Shown in pieces: positions 34,754 to 45,617 of a stretch of 64,000 nucleotides of DNA. The number at the start of each line of letters is the position of its first letter. Position 1 is the stretch's first letter. The DNA is from Dimorphilus gyrociliatus. Taxonomy: Eukaryota > Animalia > Annelida. Below the pieces are notes generated by a model. It was not told the origin of the DNA. It saw only the letters and a list, made by a program, of their open reading frames with translations, and searched no databases. The position numbers and the translations under genes were made by a program. The stretch spans positions 22,391-86,390 of the forward strand of contig CAJFCJ010000067.1 of assembly GCA_904063045.1 (NCBI GenBank), in the 5' to 3' direction.

Positions 34754-35709
34754 GAAAAAGTAACTGCCAATGCAAGTATCAATGCTCTCCATTATACCTC
34801 TTTCCTTAAGTAATTCACTGTTTTTTTTTAAACATATTTAAAAACGCTTTCATCTATAAATAACAATAAAAATGTTCTTGAAAATCTAGACTTTCGTTTA
34901 TAAATATTGTATTTAGGCTTTTCACCGTAGAATCACTTTGTCAATAAATGAAAGAGAAGATTGAATGACTGATTCAACCTGCTGCAGAAATGACTGGATG
35001 GTTTTGCAGTAAAAACACTTTATAAAGAGGGGTTTCCGATTCTTGATCAACTCATAGGCATCTACTATAGAAGTATTCTCCTCTGTAATACCCACTTTCT
35101 CTAAAAGTTGTTTGTTTATACCGAAATCTTTAGACAAAGAATTATAACTAATCAATAAATTAACAAAATGGATCCAGGTATGAGTTAGGGTTAGGGTAAA
35201 GTCATAAAATTGTGATCATTTGTAACTAATCTTGCAGTCGTACTGCTTTTAGTAAATGTAATAGACTTGATAACCCTAACACTATTTAGTAGATGGTTTT
35301 TAGATAGAAGGATTTTCTAACCCTGAATTAAATCTTGTCAAACCTTAGTTTGCAAAATCATTGCAATCGATGATCTTTCCTTGATTTGGGAAAATTTTAA
35401 AACAGGTAAAATTAATGCAAACCAGCTTCTGCAGCTTTGCTCAGAATTATATTATTGAAAATAATTGACAATACCTTGATATCAAAAAACTTTACTTGAA
35501 AACACTGGTCATTTAATTGTAAAACTTGAAAAAAGTTTGTCTTTGTTTTAAAGTTGTTTACAAATAATCAATACACAATTTATATGGTAAACCTAAAGTT
35601 GCATATATAAAAAGTTTTCTATTAACTTGTTTTTCAATATAGATTTACATTTAAATGAAATTTATTTTTATTTATGTTTTCTTTTAGTTCAAGGATATTT
35701 ACTTTTAGT

Positions 35710-35966
35710 TTATAGACATTTTCTTTCACTGTATGGATGTTTTCATTCACTCCATAAGGAAATATAATTCCTAAGAAAATAAGTTAATAGGAAAAGTTAA
35801 GTGATTTTTTTTGTGAATATTTCATTTATTAAGTATATGTTTAACATATTCTTTTACCAAAGGTTTACTTTTTCAACATATATTTATATTTAAATGAAAT
35901 TTATTTTAATGGACGTTTTCTTTCAGTTTATGGACATTTTCTTTCATGGATGTTTTCTGTAGACCC
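35710..35966. repeat. Degenerate MULE TIR remnant
   Basis: TGGACGTTTTCT / TGGATGTTTTC / GGACATTTTCT units ending GTAGACCC, like the 24491-24600 end. Confidence 0.5.
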
Positions 35967-36339
35967 CGAGTGGACCATACCTTGTAACTGCTACTGATAC
36001 TACAAAATGTTTGTATGAATTGGAAATATTGGCAGACAAAAGAAAATTTTATCATGCTAGCAGACTCAGACTAGCAAATAAACATAATTTTAAAGCTGGA
36101 ATTTGGTGGAAAGTTAGATGTATAAAATAAGCTTTGAAAGCATTGAGAATTATCGTTCAAGAATGTATAGTTCATGTTATTTTAATGATATAAAGTTGCT
36201 AAGACGTTATCACTTTTGCCCATTGTACATTTTATAAAGATCTTCTGATAGCGAAGATAGACATTGTATTTGATTAATCTCTCTCCCAACACATACGAAT
36301 CTCTGGCTAGAAAGAAAAGAGAAACCAGTTGATTCTCTA

Positions 36340-36959
36340 TTATATTCGTAGTTGCTGGTGTATATGTGATATAGACGCTGTACAGACAGATCCAGATTCC
36401 AATTCTGCAACATCTTCGTACAAAAACCTAAACATATCTTCAGCATATATAAATTCTGGAAAAGTTGGTTTTGCGTCTTTATACCATTCGACGCACGACG
36501 AATAAGCTTTTATTGTAGCCAGTATTTGTATCTCTCCAATTTCCAGATTATTATAAGGCGATCCAGTCAAATAGAGAAACATCTTGACCGAAGGTGAAGG
36601 ATTTGTAAAGTGAACTTCGTTCCATCCTTTAATATATTCGTGGTTGTATTCGTCGAGAGTAGTGTCATTGTTTTGAACTACTAATTTTAAAGTTTTATTT
36701 TCATTTCTTAATTTCAAAATTCGAACTTTTTCAAAATGTATTGTTCGAAAAATATTTGTATCAAACACTAATTCAATATCTGCAATGTTAGCAATACTCA
36801 AAAAAGTTTAATATGATCTTGACGTTCTTGGTTAAACTGTTGGTGATGGCTGGGAACACTATAGCCATTTTTATTCTGTTCTTCAAACGCGTTAACCTAT
36901 CGTTCGAAATAGCCATTGCATCCAATTAGAAAAGCGGTAAACACGCATAGGAATATCAT
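36340..36959 (-). pseudogene. Secreted-protein pseudogene, uncharacterised (mirror at 47829-48448)
   Basis: Signal peptide MIFLCVFTAFLIGCNG followed by TAG, a frameshift, then a 153-aa ORF. Confidence 0.4.
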
Positions 36960-37739
36960 TGTATTTGGTCTTGTAAGCGTTAGAGTGTGAGAAAGAAAAG
37001 ACGCTCAGAACAAGCGGATTTGAACTCTACAATATGATAATTCTAATTATCATATTCAATATATTGCATTAACTAATAACTCTTTCAATTTTGCCTCAAT
37101 ACTTTGCCATTAACCAACTCGAGACACTTGACATTATTACCTACAGAGATTGCTCTTTGTTTGCAACCATTGGTGGATTATGATTCAAGAACGTTTCCAA
37201 GTAAAACTTGGATTTTGTTCTGGAAAGGAGACATAAACAATAAAGACTACTTGTCTTCATACGTCACACGTCACCAAAAATTGAAAAGGCATTTACATGA
37301 GAGAATACTCATATTGATGATGGCAATTCATATCAAGATTAAATCCTTTGCCGTCATTCATTTCATTGTTAATGCATTAATCTGAAATTAAGGAAATAAG
37401 TTTGCCAACAAATTAAATGATGATGAAAAATCATTGAAAACATTTCAACAGTGATTACTTGTTTGCTGTATGACCTTTTCCATTGTCTATTGTTAGGAAA
37501 AGATATGTTTTGCGGTTGGTGGAAAACGTCCCAATTACAACTTGCACCAAAAACCATACTCCCTCATCCTGTATTTTCTAATTACGAGAGAGAGAGAGAA
37601 TGGGATTTACCCCATTAGGAAAATACTTTGATATATACAGGATTATATTTTAGTTGATCCATACTCAATTTTAACATTTCCACCTTGTCTCCTATTGGTC
37701 AAATGTCAAGTATTTTGCACTTGGAAATAGCTAATTAAT

Positions 37740-38418
37740 AGCTTCAAACTGTTATAGGCCAACGAAAAAAGCGGTCATGCCATTCCTGAAAAAAAGATAT
37801 GGGAAGAGTTTCATCTTCCAACAGGATAATGTTCCTTGCCACAAAGCCAAAATTATCCAAAAATATTTTAAGACTGAAAGTATTACCTTGGCCAGCTTAC
37901 TCCCCAGATCTTTCCCCCATAGAGAATGCATGGCACATGTTGAAGAATCTTGTATATGAGAGCCCCCAATTTACTAAAAGGATAATTTGTGGCACTGTAT
38001 TCAACAAAAGTTGGAAATTTTGAATAAAAGACAAAAGAAGGATTTAATCACCCTTCATAAGTCCCTGTTAGATTCAGGATTAACTTGTATTCAACAAAAT
38101 GGTTCAAAGCTAAAGCACTAACATTTATAAATGTACATTTAATTAAAAAATTAATAAATAAATAAGATATAGGGGGTGTACAAAAAATTTGCTTGCCTTT
38201 TCCAAAAAATTTCTGTACAGAATTATAAATACTCACAAAAATATAAAAATAATTTTGTAAACTAGGAGAGGTAGAGAGTATCTGAAAAATATTCATAAAA
38301 CTAGACAAAATGTCCTACATTTCAGTCAATATTTTTTTAAAACAAGGCTATTGATTACCCTTCAAAATAGCCTTTACAAAAAAATATTCCTTCGAATGAA
38401 AAATTTCTTTCACCACTG
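37740..38418 (+). mobile_element. Tc1/mariner 3' remnant with TIR (mirror at 46370-47048)
   Basis: FIFQQDNVPCH, WPAYSPDLSPIENAW; ends ...TTTCACCACTG|TA. Confidence 0.85.
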
Positions 38419-39123
38419 TATGTGTACAAATTACTGTACAACAAAGTACATTAATTAGTAACAAATGTACACATGTGCTCAAAGTTTATATTAAAAAATA
38501 TTTAAAAAAATAAAAACACAAAAATCTATGATATCTTTAAATTATTTTCACAATACTATTTTAGATGATCAAGTGAGCCAGTTTGTTGTTAAAACCTGCT
38601 TCTTTGGAACTAGAAAGTCAGTTTCTGAATAAGCATTCTTTGAAAGAAATACTGCTGTTTTGTTGGTAAATTTCTCATGGAATTTCATTATTGAGACTAA
38701 TTGTAGATGAACTTAAAAGGTTCTATGCTGAACAGTACTTTGGCAAATTGGTGAATGATTGGAGAGGAAAAATTTGATTCTCATGAGCTACAATACAACA
38801 AACTACAATAGTAACCAACAATTGTACACCTGTGCTCAAAAGTTATGCAAATGAAAACAAAAAGTTTTTTAACTTACATTAATTTTTTTCTAAAAAGCAA
38901 ATTGCATTGCAAATTACATGCTTTATTTTTTTATTTCTACTCAAAAGAATAAAAAAAATTAAACATATTTATGGTTATTTTGAATTATTGATAATAAATA
39001 ATGATTCCCCTATATCACTTTATTTGCCCCTATCTCAACATATTTTAAGTGATGATATATACTAACAATGTTAATTACTGTAACAATCTTTACAATCTAT
39101 TCCCATAAATTACACTGTTTTTC

Positions 39124-39130
39124 TATAAAT
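39124..39130 (+). promoter_or_regulatory. Candidate TATA box of the prepro-peptide gene
   Basis: TATAAAT 46 nt upstream of the ATG; AATAAA at 39580-39585 downstream of the stop. Confidence 0.5.
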
Positions 39131-39169
39131 ACCCATGCTATCATCCAGTTTGCCAACCAACTCTTCAAA

Positions 39170-39547
39170 ATGAAAATTTTCGTTGTATCCTTATTTGTAG
39201 TATTTGCAATTTACCAAGCTCACGCAAGTGAGTTAGTCAGTGATTTGGCAGAAAATCAAATCTCTGATGATGGAAATGATTTGGTTGATTTAAATGAACG
39301 TGAAATTGATGAAGAAACTGAAGAAGAAGTAGCAAAGGTAAGACATATACAAACACAATTGTTCACTATTATTTACTTGATTGTTTCAATACAGAGATTC
39401 CTTAGTAAGCTCTTCAGCAACAAGAAAGGTATAAGCAAAGCTCAATGTGCACTTTGTGCTGTTGCCCCAGCAACTAAAAGATGCCAGAGAGTCAAGAAAT
39501 TATGCATGATGAAACATAAAATTTTCATTCTTCCCAAAAAAGTTTGA
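39170..39547 (+). CDS. Two-exon secreted prepro-peptide: signal, acidic pro-piece, KR, cationic 4-Cys peptide (106 aa)
   Basis: MKIFVVSLFVVFAIYQAHA; D/E-rich pro-region; GTAAGA...ACAG intron 39338-39394; mature FLSKLFSNKKGISKAQCALCAVAPATKRCQRVKKLCMMKHKIFILPKKV. Confidence 0.8.
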   Translation: MKIFVVSLFVVFAIYQAHASELVSDLAENQISDDGNDLVDLNEREIDEETEEEVAKVRHIQTQLFTIIYLIVSIQRFLSKLFSNKKGISKAQCALCAVAPATKRCQRVKKLCMMKHKIFILPKKV

Positions 39548-39740
39548 AAGATTATATATGTCAATGAAATTAAGATTCAAATAAATACTCCAAGCATATT
39601 AAAAATCAAATTGTGTTCAAAAAATATATCATAGTTAATTTAAGCAATAGGATTTCTCATAAGGGTTTATCAATTTTAATTGTGGCAAACTCAAAATTTT
39701 GATAACTATACTTTGTTGTATTTTAATTGTAGGAATTGAG

Positions 39741-40140
39741 TACTTTTAGGACTTTGGTACCATATATCAAGTTCTGATAGAGAGTGTACTTTGTTGTATT
39801 GTAATTTTCAATTCTTTAACTGTTATTGTAATTTTTGGAATTTCTGCTTGTTCAGAACAGTATTTGTCCTCTTCAATCATTTATCAATTCTCCAAAGTAC
39901 TCAAACAAATAGAACCTTTTAAGTCTGTCCACAATCAGTATTAACAAATGTAATTTTGGTAGAAATTAAACAACAAAACACCAGTATTTCATTCAAAGGT
40001 TATGTATTGAGTAAATGAGTTTCTAGTTCTAAACAAGTAAGTTTAAACAGCCAGCTAACAGTTAAAGAATTGAAAATTACAATACAACAAAGTACACTCT
40101 CTATCAGAACTTGATATATGGTACCAAAGTCCTAAAAGTA
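39741..40140. repeat. 85-bp perfect inverted repeat around a G1-related LTR piece (mirror at 44647-45046)
   Basis: 39741-39825 is the exact reverse complement of 40056-40140. Confidence 0.9.
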
Positions 40141-40855
40141 ATTTGGAACTATGAAAGTTTTGTTCAACAAATGGTTTGAACAAAGGATTTAGAATAAATA
40201 AAGCACTTCTGGTTATTTGATCCCAGGCTGATTTGTTTTCATCCCTCTTTAAATCTGTTTGTCTACAAACATTTTCAAATCTAAGCAATGTTCCAGTATC
40301 TTTATCCATACATCCAGTCATTGTAAAGAAAAATAATCCTGATTGTTTAATACTTAATTCATTGGTTATAGGATTGAACAGATTTTCTTGGTTTACATCA
40401 ATAGAACTCCACCTTACTCTTTCTTGATGAAGTGTAACACTCGATTTTAAAGGTACTGCGAATGCTGGACTTTTACCCAATGCACAATCAGGAGTTTTGC
40501 AATCTTCAGTTTCAATTGGTAAACTGGTACTTTAATTTCCACCAATGGAAGGTGAAGGATTGCTCCATTCTCTCCTTCTCGTATGAATTTCTTTGCCTCT
40601 GCACTTTTGGTCGCAATCACTCCAAGCTGACCATTGAGACCAAACTCGATTCTGTGTGCATTTCAAATTTTCGGAGGGAATGCAAAATTTTACAGTGCCT
40701 TCTATTGCGTTGATTACTGGATCAAAGAAGTGGCCAAGTGGACATTTGTGAGAATAAACAGTGCCATTCACACATTGATAGTAAATGTTACAGAATTGAG
40801 AATCTCTATAAGCTCCATCAATTGATTTTAATTTGTCATCAACTAAGCATTTCAA
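40097..40855 (-). pseudogene. Chitin-binding (CBM14)-TSP1-C1q gene, copy 1
   Basis: Mirror of 43932-44690. Confidence 0.75.
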
Positions 40856-41211
40856 AGAAGATAAAGAAAAAAATTGTAGAAGAAAAACTGTACAAAAAAA
40901 ATTAATCAGTTTTAGAAATCCTATCAAGACAATAAAAAGAAAAAAGACTTAACATCTAAGAAAAATGTTTTGTCGAATTATTGAAATAATTTGGCCAATT
41001 TTGATCAAGTTCCTTATTGATGATTTTAATGCTGCATTAGAAATGATATTAATTAATAATAATTGGATTATTGGCAATTCGGAGAGAGCTGAAAGCTTTT
41101 TTGCCCTAAGAAAACAACATGATTTTTCTTTTGTTAAATCTTCCTGTTATTAATCTATATAACATTTAATAAATAAAGACAAAAAGACAATTGACAAAAA
41201 CCTGATTTAGT

Positions 41212-42910
41212 TAGTTTACAGACAAAGATATTAAGTTTTTGAACTCTTGTTTATTGTTATTATTTGAATCGAGATGTAACACTTGCTTTTTTATTGCATA
41301 TTTTTGGTTTTTTCTCACATTTTTATATAAAATTTCTATTAAGAATTCTTTTTATTCACCTAGAAAATAGTTAGATTTTTTTTCATGTATTTAAACTACA
41401 TCATAGATAGAATTAGATTAGGAATAATAAGATGGGACACTTGTTGAGAGGAGATTAGTAAATAGCTTTCAAAATATACAAAGAGATTATATATTGTGAA
41501 TCATTGGTTTTTAGTTATTCTATATCAGCAAACATTTTCTGAATAAAATTGATTTGGCATTATCAAAAATGAATTAATATCTTTTTCTAGTGCCTACCCA
41601 AATACTGTAATAGGATATTGATTTTATTCCAAATAATCATAGTTAGCAAGTAGCCATATCAGAGAAATTTAAACAAAGAAAATATTGAATTTTTGCTATT
41701 GAAAATATTACAGTAGTGAAAAACCTACCTATAGTGTGCACTTAGAAATATCAGCATAATAATATTTAGACTTTAGATATTATAGAACTTTAGAAAGCCT
41801 CATATTTTGTAGCAATTATAATGGTGGAAGTTTAGAAAGACATTTATTTAGTTAAAATTAGAGCCTAGAACTTTAAAAAGGCTTTTATTTCATAGGAAAC
41901 ATATTCTTTGACCAAAATAGATGTTGCATTATGGAATTAAAAATGGCACAAACAATATTGAAAAAATGCATGTTAAACTAACCTAACCTTAGTTTAGAGA
42001 CGATGATATTAAGTTTTAGAACTCTTCTTTATTGTCATTATTTGAATCGAGGTGTAACACTTGCTTTTTTATTGTATATTTTTGGTTTTTTCTCACATTT
42101 TTATATAAAATTTCTATTAAGAATTCTTTTTATTCACCTAGAAAATAGTTAGATTTATTTTCATGTATTTAAACTACACTGTAGATAGAATTAGATTAAG
42201 AATAATAAGATGGGACACATGCTGAGAGGAGATTAGTAAATAGCTTTCAAAATATACAAAGAGATTATATATTGTGAATCATTAGTTTTTAGTTATTCTA
42301 AATCAGCAAATATTTTTTGAAAAAAATTGATTTGGCATTATCAAAAATGAATTAATATCTTTTTCTAGTGCCTACCCAAATACTGTAATAGGATATTGAT
42401 TTTATTCCGAATAATCATAGTTAGTGAGTAGCCATATGAGAGAAATTTAAACAAAGAAAATATTGAATTTTTGCTATTAAAAATATTACAGTAGTGAAAA
42501 ACCTACTATAGTGTGCACTTAGAAATATCAGCATAATAATATTTAGACCTTAGATATTATGGAACTTTAGAAAGCCTCATATTTTATAGCAATTATAATG
42601 GTGGAAGTTTAGAAAGACATTTATTTAGTAAAAATTAGAGCCTAGAACTTTAAAAAGGCTTTTATTTCATAGGAAACATATTCTTTGACCCAAATAGATG
42701 TTGCATTATGGAATTAACAATGGCACAAACAATATTGAAAAAATGCATGTTAAACTAACCTAACCTTAGTTTACAGATGATGATATTAAGTTTTTGAACT
42801 CTTAACTTTAGAAAGCCTCATATTTTGTAGCAATTATAATGGTGGAAGTTTAGAAAGACATTTATTTAGTACAATTAGAGTCTAGAACTTTAAAAAAGCT
42901 TTTATTTCGT
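41212..42910 (+). repeat. Tandem array of a ~778-bp unit (two full units plus a deleted third)
   Basis: GATATTAAGTTTT(T/A)GAACTCTT at ~41227, ~42005 and ~42783; a few percent divergence visible between units. Confidence 0.92.
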
Positions 42911-42949
42911 AATATTGTGAATATTAGTATATGTACAAAATTGCAGAAA

Positions 42950-43477
42950 ATTGCACTTTGGAATTATAATATAAAGAATTATAATATAAAGATTTTAGAT
43001 AGATCTTTGCATGAAATACTGGCAGTTCATTTTTGCCGGAATTGCATTCATTGAGACTACCTGTGGGACGAACTTGAAAGGTTCTATCTGGACCAGTACT
43101 TTGGTTTATTGATAAATGATTGGTGAGGATGAATTCAATTGTAATGAACTCGAGATTCCTACAATTACCATAGAATGCAGTACAAATATGGCACAGTTGG
43201 CAGTTCACAACTCTTCTTCAATGAATGATATTTTGGTTTTTGAAAATGACCAAACCAGAAGCAAAGAAATAGATGAGAATCTTACTAAAATAAATGAATT
43301 AATGTTGAGAATTAAAAATAGTGGAGCAAAAGTTGATGGTAACAGTTTCTTGAAGTACCATTTGATGACTGGGGCAGCTACAATTCCTGAAGGTATGGCA
43401 AACCCTGATTTCACTCAACCAAAATTCATGAATGATAGCATTCAACAAAATGCTTTGGAAAAGACAATTGGAAGAAG
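42950..43477 (+). mobile_element. G1-related Gypsy 5' fragment (LTR end 43184, PBS 43189-43203, gag N-terminus)
   Basis: AGTACA AATA TGGCACAGTTGGCAG; INELMLRIKNSGAKVDGNSFLKYHLMTGAATIPEG nearly identical to G1 gag. Confidence 0.9.
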
Positions 43478-43931
43478 AAACCAAAAATATGCAATAAAAA
43501 AGCAAGTGTTACATCTCGATTCAAATAATAACAATAAACAAGAGTTCAAAAACTTAATATCTTTGTCTGTAAACTAACTAAATCAGGTTTTTGTCAATTG
43601 TCTTTTTGTCTTTATTTATTAAATGTTATATAGATTAATAACAGGAAGATTTAACAAAAGAAAAATCATGTTGTTTTCTTAGGGCAAAAAAGCTTTCAGC
43701 TCTCTCCGAATTGCCAATAATCCAATTATTATTAATTAATATCATTTCTAATGCAGCATTAAAATCATCAATAAGGAACTTGATCAAAATTGGCCAAATT
43801 ATTTCAATAATTCGACAAAACATTTTTCTTAGATGTTAAGTCTTTTTTCTTTTTATTGTCTTGATAGGATTTCTAAAACTGATTAATTTTTTTGTACAGT
43901 TTTTCTTCTACAATTTTTTTCTTTATCTTCT

Positions 43932-44690
43932 TTGAAATGCTTAGTTGATGACAAATTAAAATCAATTGATGGAGCTTATAGAGATTCTCAATTCTGTAAC
44001 ATTTACTATCAATGTGTGAATGGCACTGTTTATTCTCACAAATGTCCACTTGGCCACTTCTTTGATCCAGTAATCAACGCAATAGAAGGCACTGTAAAAT
44101 TTTGCATTCCCTCCGAAAATTTGAAATGCACACAGAATCGAGTTTGGTCTCAATGGTCAGCTTGGAGTGATTGCGACCAAAAGTGCAGAGGCAAAGAAAT
44201 TCATACGAGAAGGAGAGAATGGAGCAATCCTTCACCTTCCATTGGTGGAAATTAAAGTACCAGTTTACCAATTGAAACTGAAGATTGCAAAACTCCTGAT
44301 TGTGCATTGGGTAAAAGTCCAGCATTCGCAGTACCTTTAAAATCGAGTGTTACACTTCATCAAGAAAGAGTAAGGTGGAGTTCTATTGATGTAAACCAAG
44401 AAAATCTGTTCAATCCTATAACCAATGAATTAAGTATTAAACAATCAGGATTATTTTTCTTTACAATGACTGGATGTATGGATAAAGATACTGGAACATT
44501 GCTTAGATTTGAAAATGTTTGTAGACAAACAGATTTAAAGAGGGATGAAAACAAATCAGCCTGGGATCAAATAACCAGAAGTGCTTTATTTATTCTAAAT
44601 CCTTTGTTCAAACCATTTGTTGAACAAAACTTTCATAGTTCCAAATTACTTTTAGGACTTTGGTACCATATATCAAGTTCTGATAGAGAG
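43932..44690 (+). pseudogene. Chitin-binding (CBM14)-TSP1-C1q gene, copy 2; in-frame stop and LTR insertion
   Basis: FCNIYYQCVNG...KCPLGHFFDP..C..ENLKC (CBM14); WSQWSAWSDCDQKC..TRRR (TSP1); TAA at 44253-44255, then in-frame ETEDCKTPDC-PAFAV...WSSIDVNQ..FNP..SGLFFFT (C1q); cut by an LTR end at 44691. Confidence 0.75.
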
Positions 44691-45239
44691 TGTACTTTGT
44701 TGTATTGTAATTTTCAATTCTTTAACTGTTAGCTGGCTGTTTAAACTTACTTGTTTAGAACTAGAAACTCATTTACTCAATACATAACCTTTGAATGAAA
44801 TACTGGTGTTTTGTTGTTTAATTTCTACCAAAATTACATTTGTTAATACTGATTGTGGACAGACTTAAAAGGTTCTATTTGTTTGAGTACTTTGGAGAAT
44901 TGATAAATGATTGAAGAGGACAAATACTGTTCTGAACAAGCAGAAATTCCAAAAATTACAATAACAGTTAAAGAATTGAAAATTACAATACAACAAAGTA
45001 CACTCTCTATCAGAACTTGATATATGGTACCAAAGTCCTAAAAGTACTCAATTCCTACAATTAAAATACAACAAAGTATAGTTATCAAAATTTTGAGTTT
45101 GCCACAATTAAAATTGATAAACCCTTATGAGAAATCCTATTGCTTAAATTAACTATGATATATTTTTTGAACACAATTTGATTTTTAATATGCTTGGAGT
45201 ATTTATTTGAATCTTAATTTCATTGACATATATAATCTT

Positions 45240-45617
45240 TCAAACTTTTTTGGGAAGAATGAAAATTTTATGTTTCATCATGCATAATTTCTTGACTCTC
45301 TGGCATCTTTTAGTTGCTGGGGCAACAGCACAAAGTGCACATTGAGCTTTGCTTATACCTTTCTTGTTGCTGAAGAGCTTACTAAGGAATCTCTGTATTG
45401 AAACAATCAAGTAAATAATAGTGAACAATTGTGTTTGTATATGTCTTACCTTTGCTACTTCTTCTTCAGTTTCTTCATCAATTTCACGTTCATTTAAATC
45501 AACCAAATCATTTCCATCATCAGAGATTTGATTTTCTGCCAAATCACTGACTAACTCACTTGCGTGAGCTTGGTAAATTGCAAATACTACAAATAAGGAT
45601 ACAACGAAAATTTTCAT
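45240..45617 (-). CDS. Prepro-peptide gene, copy 2
   Basis: Exact mirror of 39170-39547; intron 45393-45449. Confidence 0.8.
   Translation of the reverse strand: MKIFVVSLFVVFAIYQAHASELVSDLAENQISDDGNDLVDLNEREIDEETEEEVAKVRHIQTQLFTIIYLIVSIQRFLSKLFSNKKGISKAQCALCAVAPATKRCQRVKKLCMMKHKIFILPKKV

Larger units (their letters stand above)
36013..41310. repeat. Left arm of a large inverted duplication
   Basis: Mirror ORFs sum to 84787/84788; reverse complement of 43478-48775 apart from 2 transitions (36029, 37015) and 2 homopolymer indels that I found. Confidence 0.97.
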
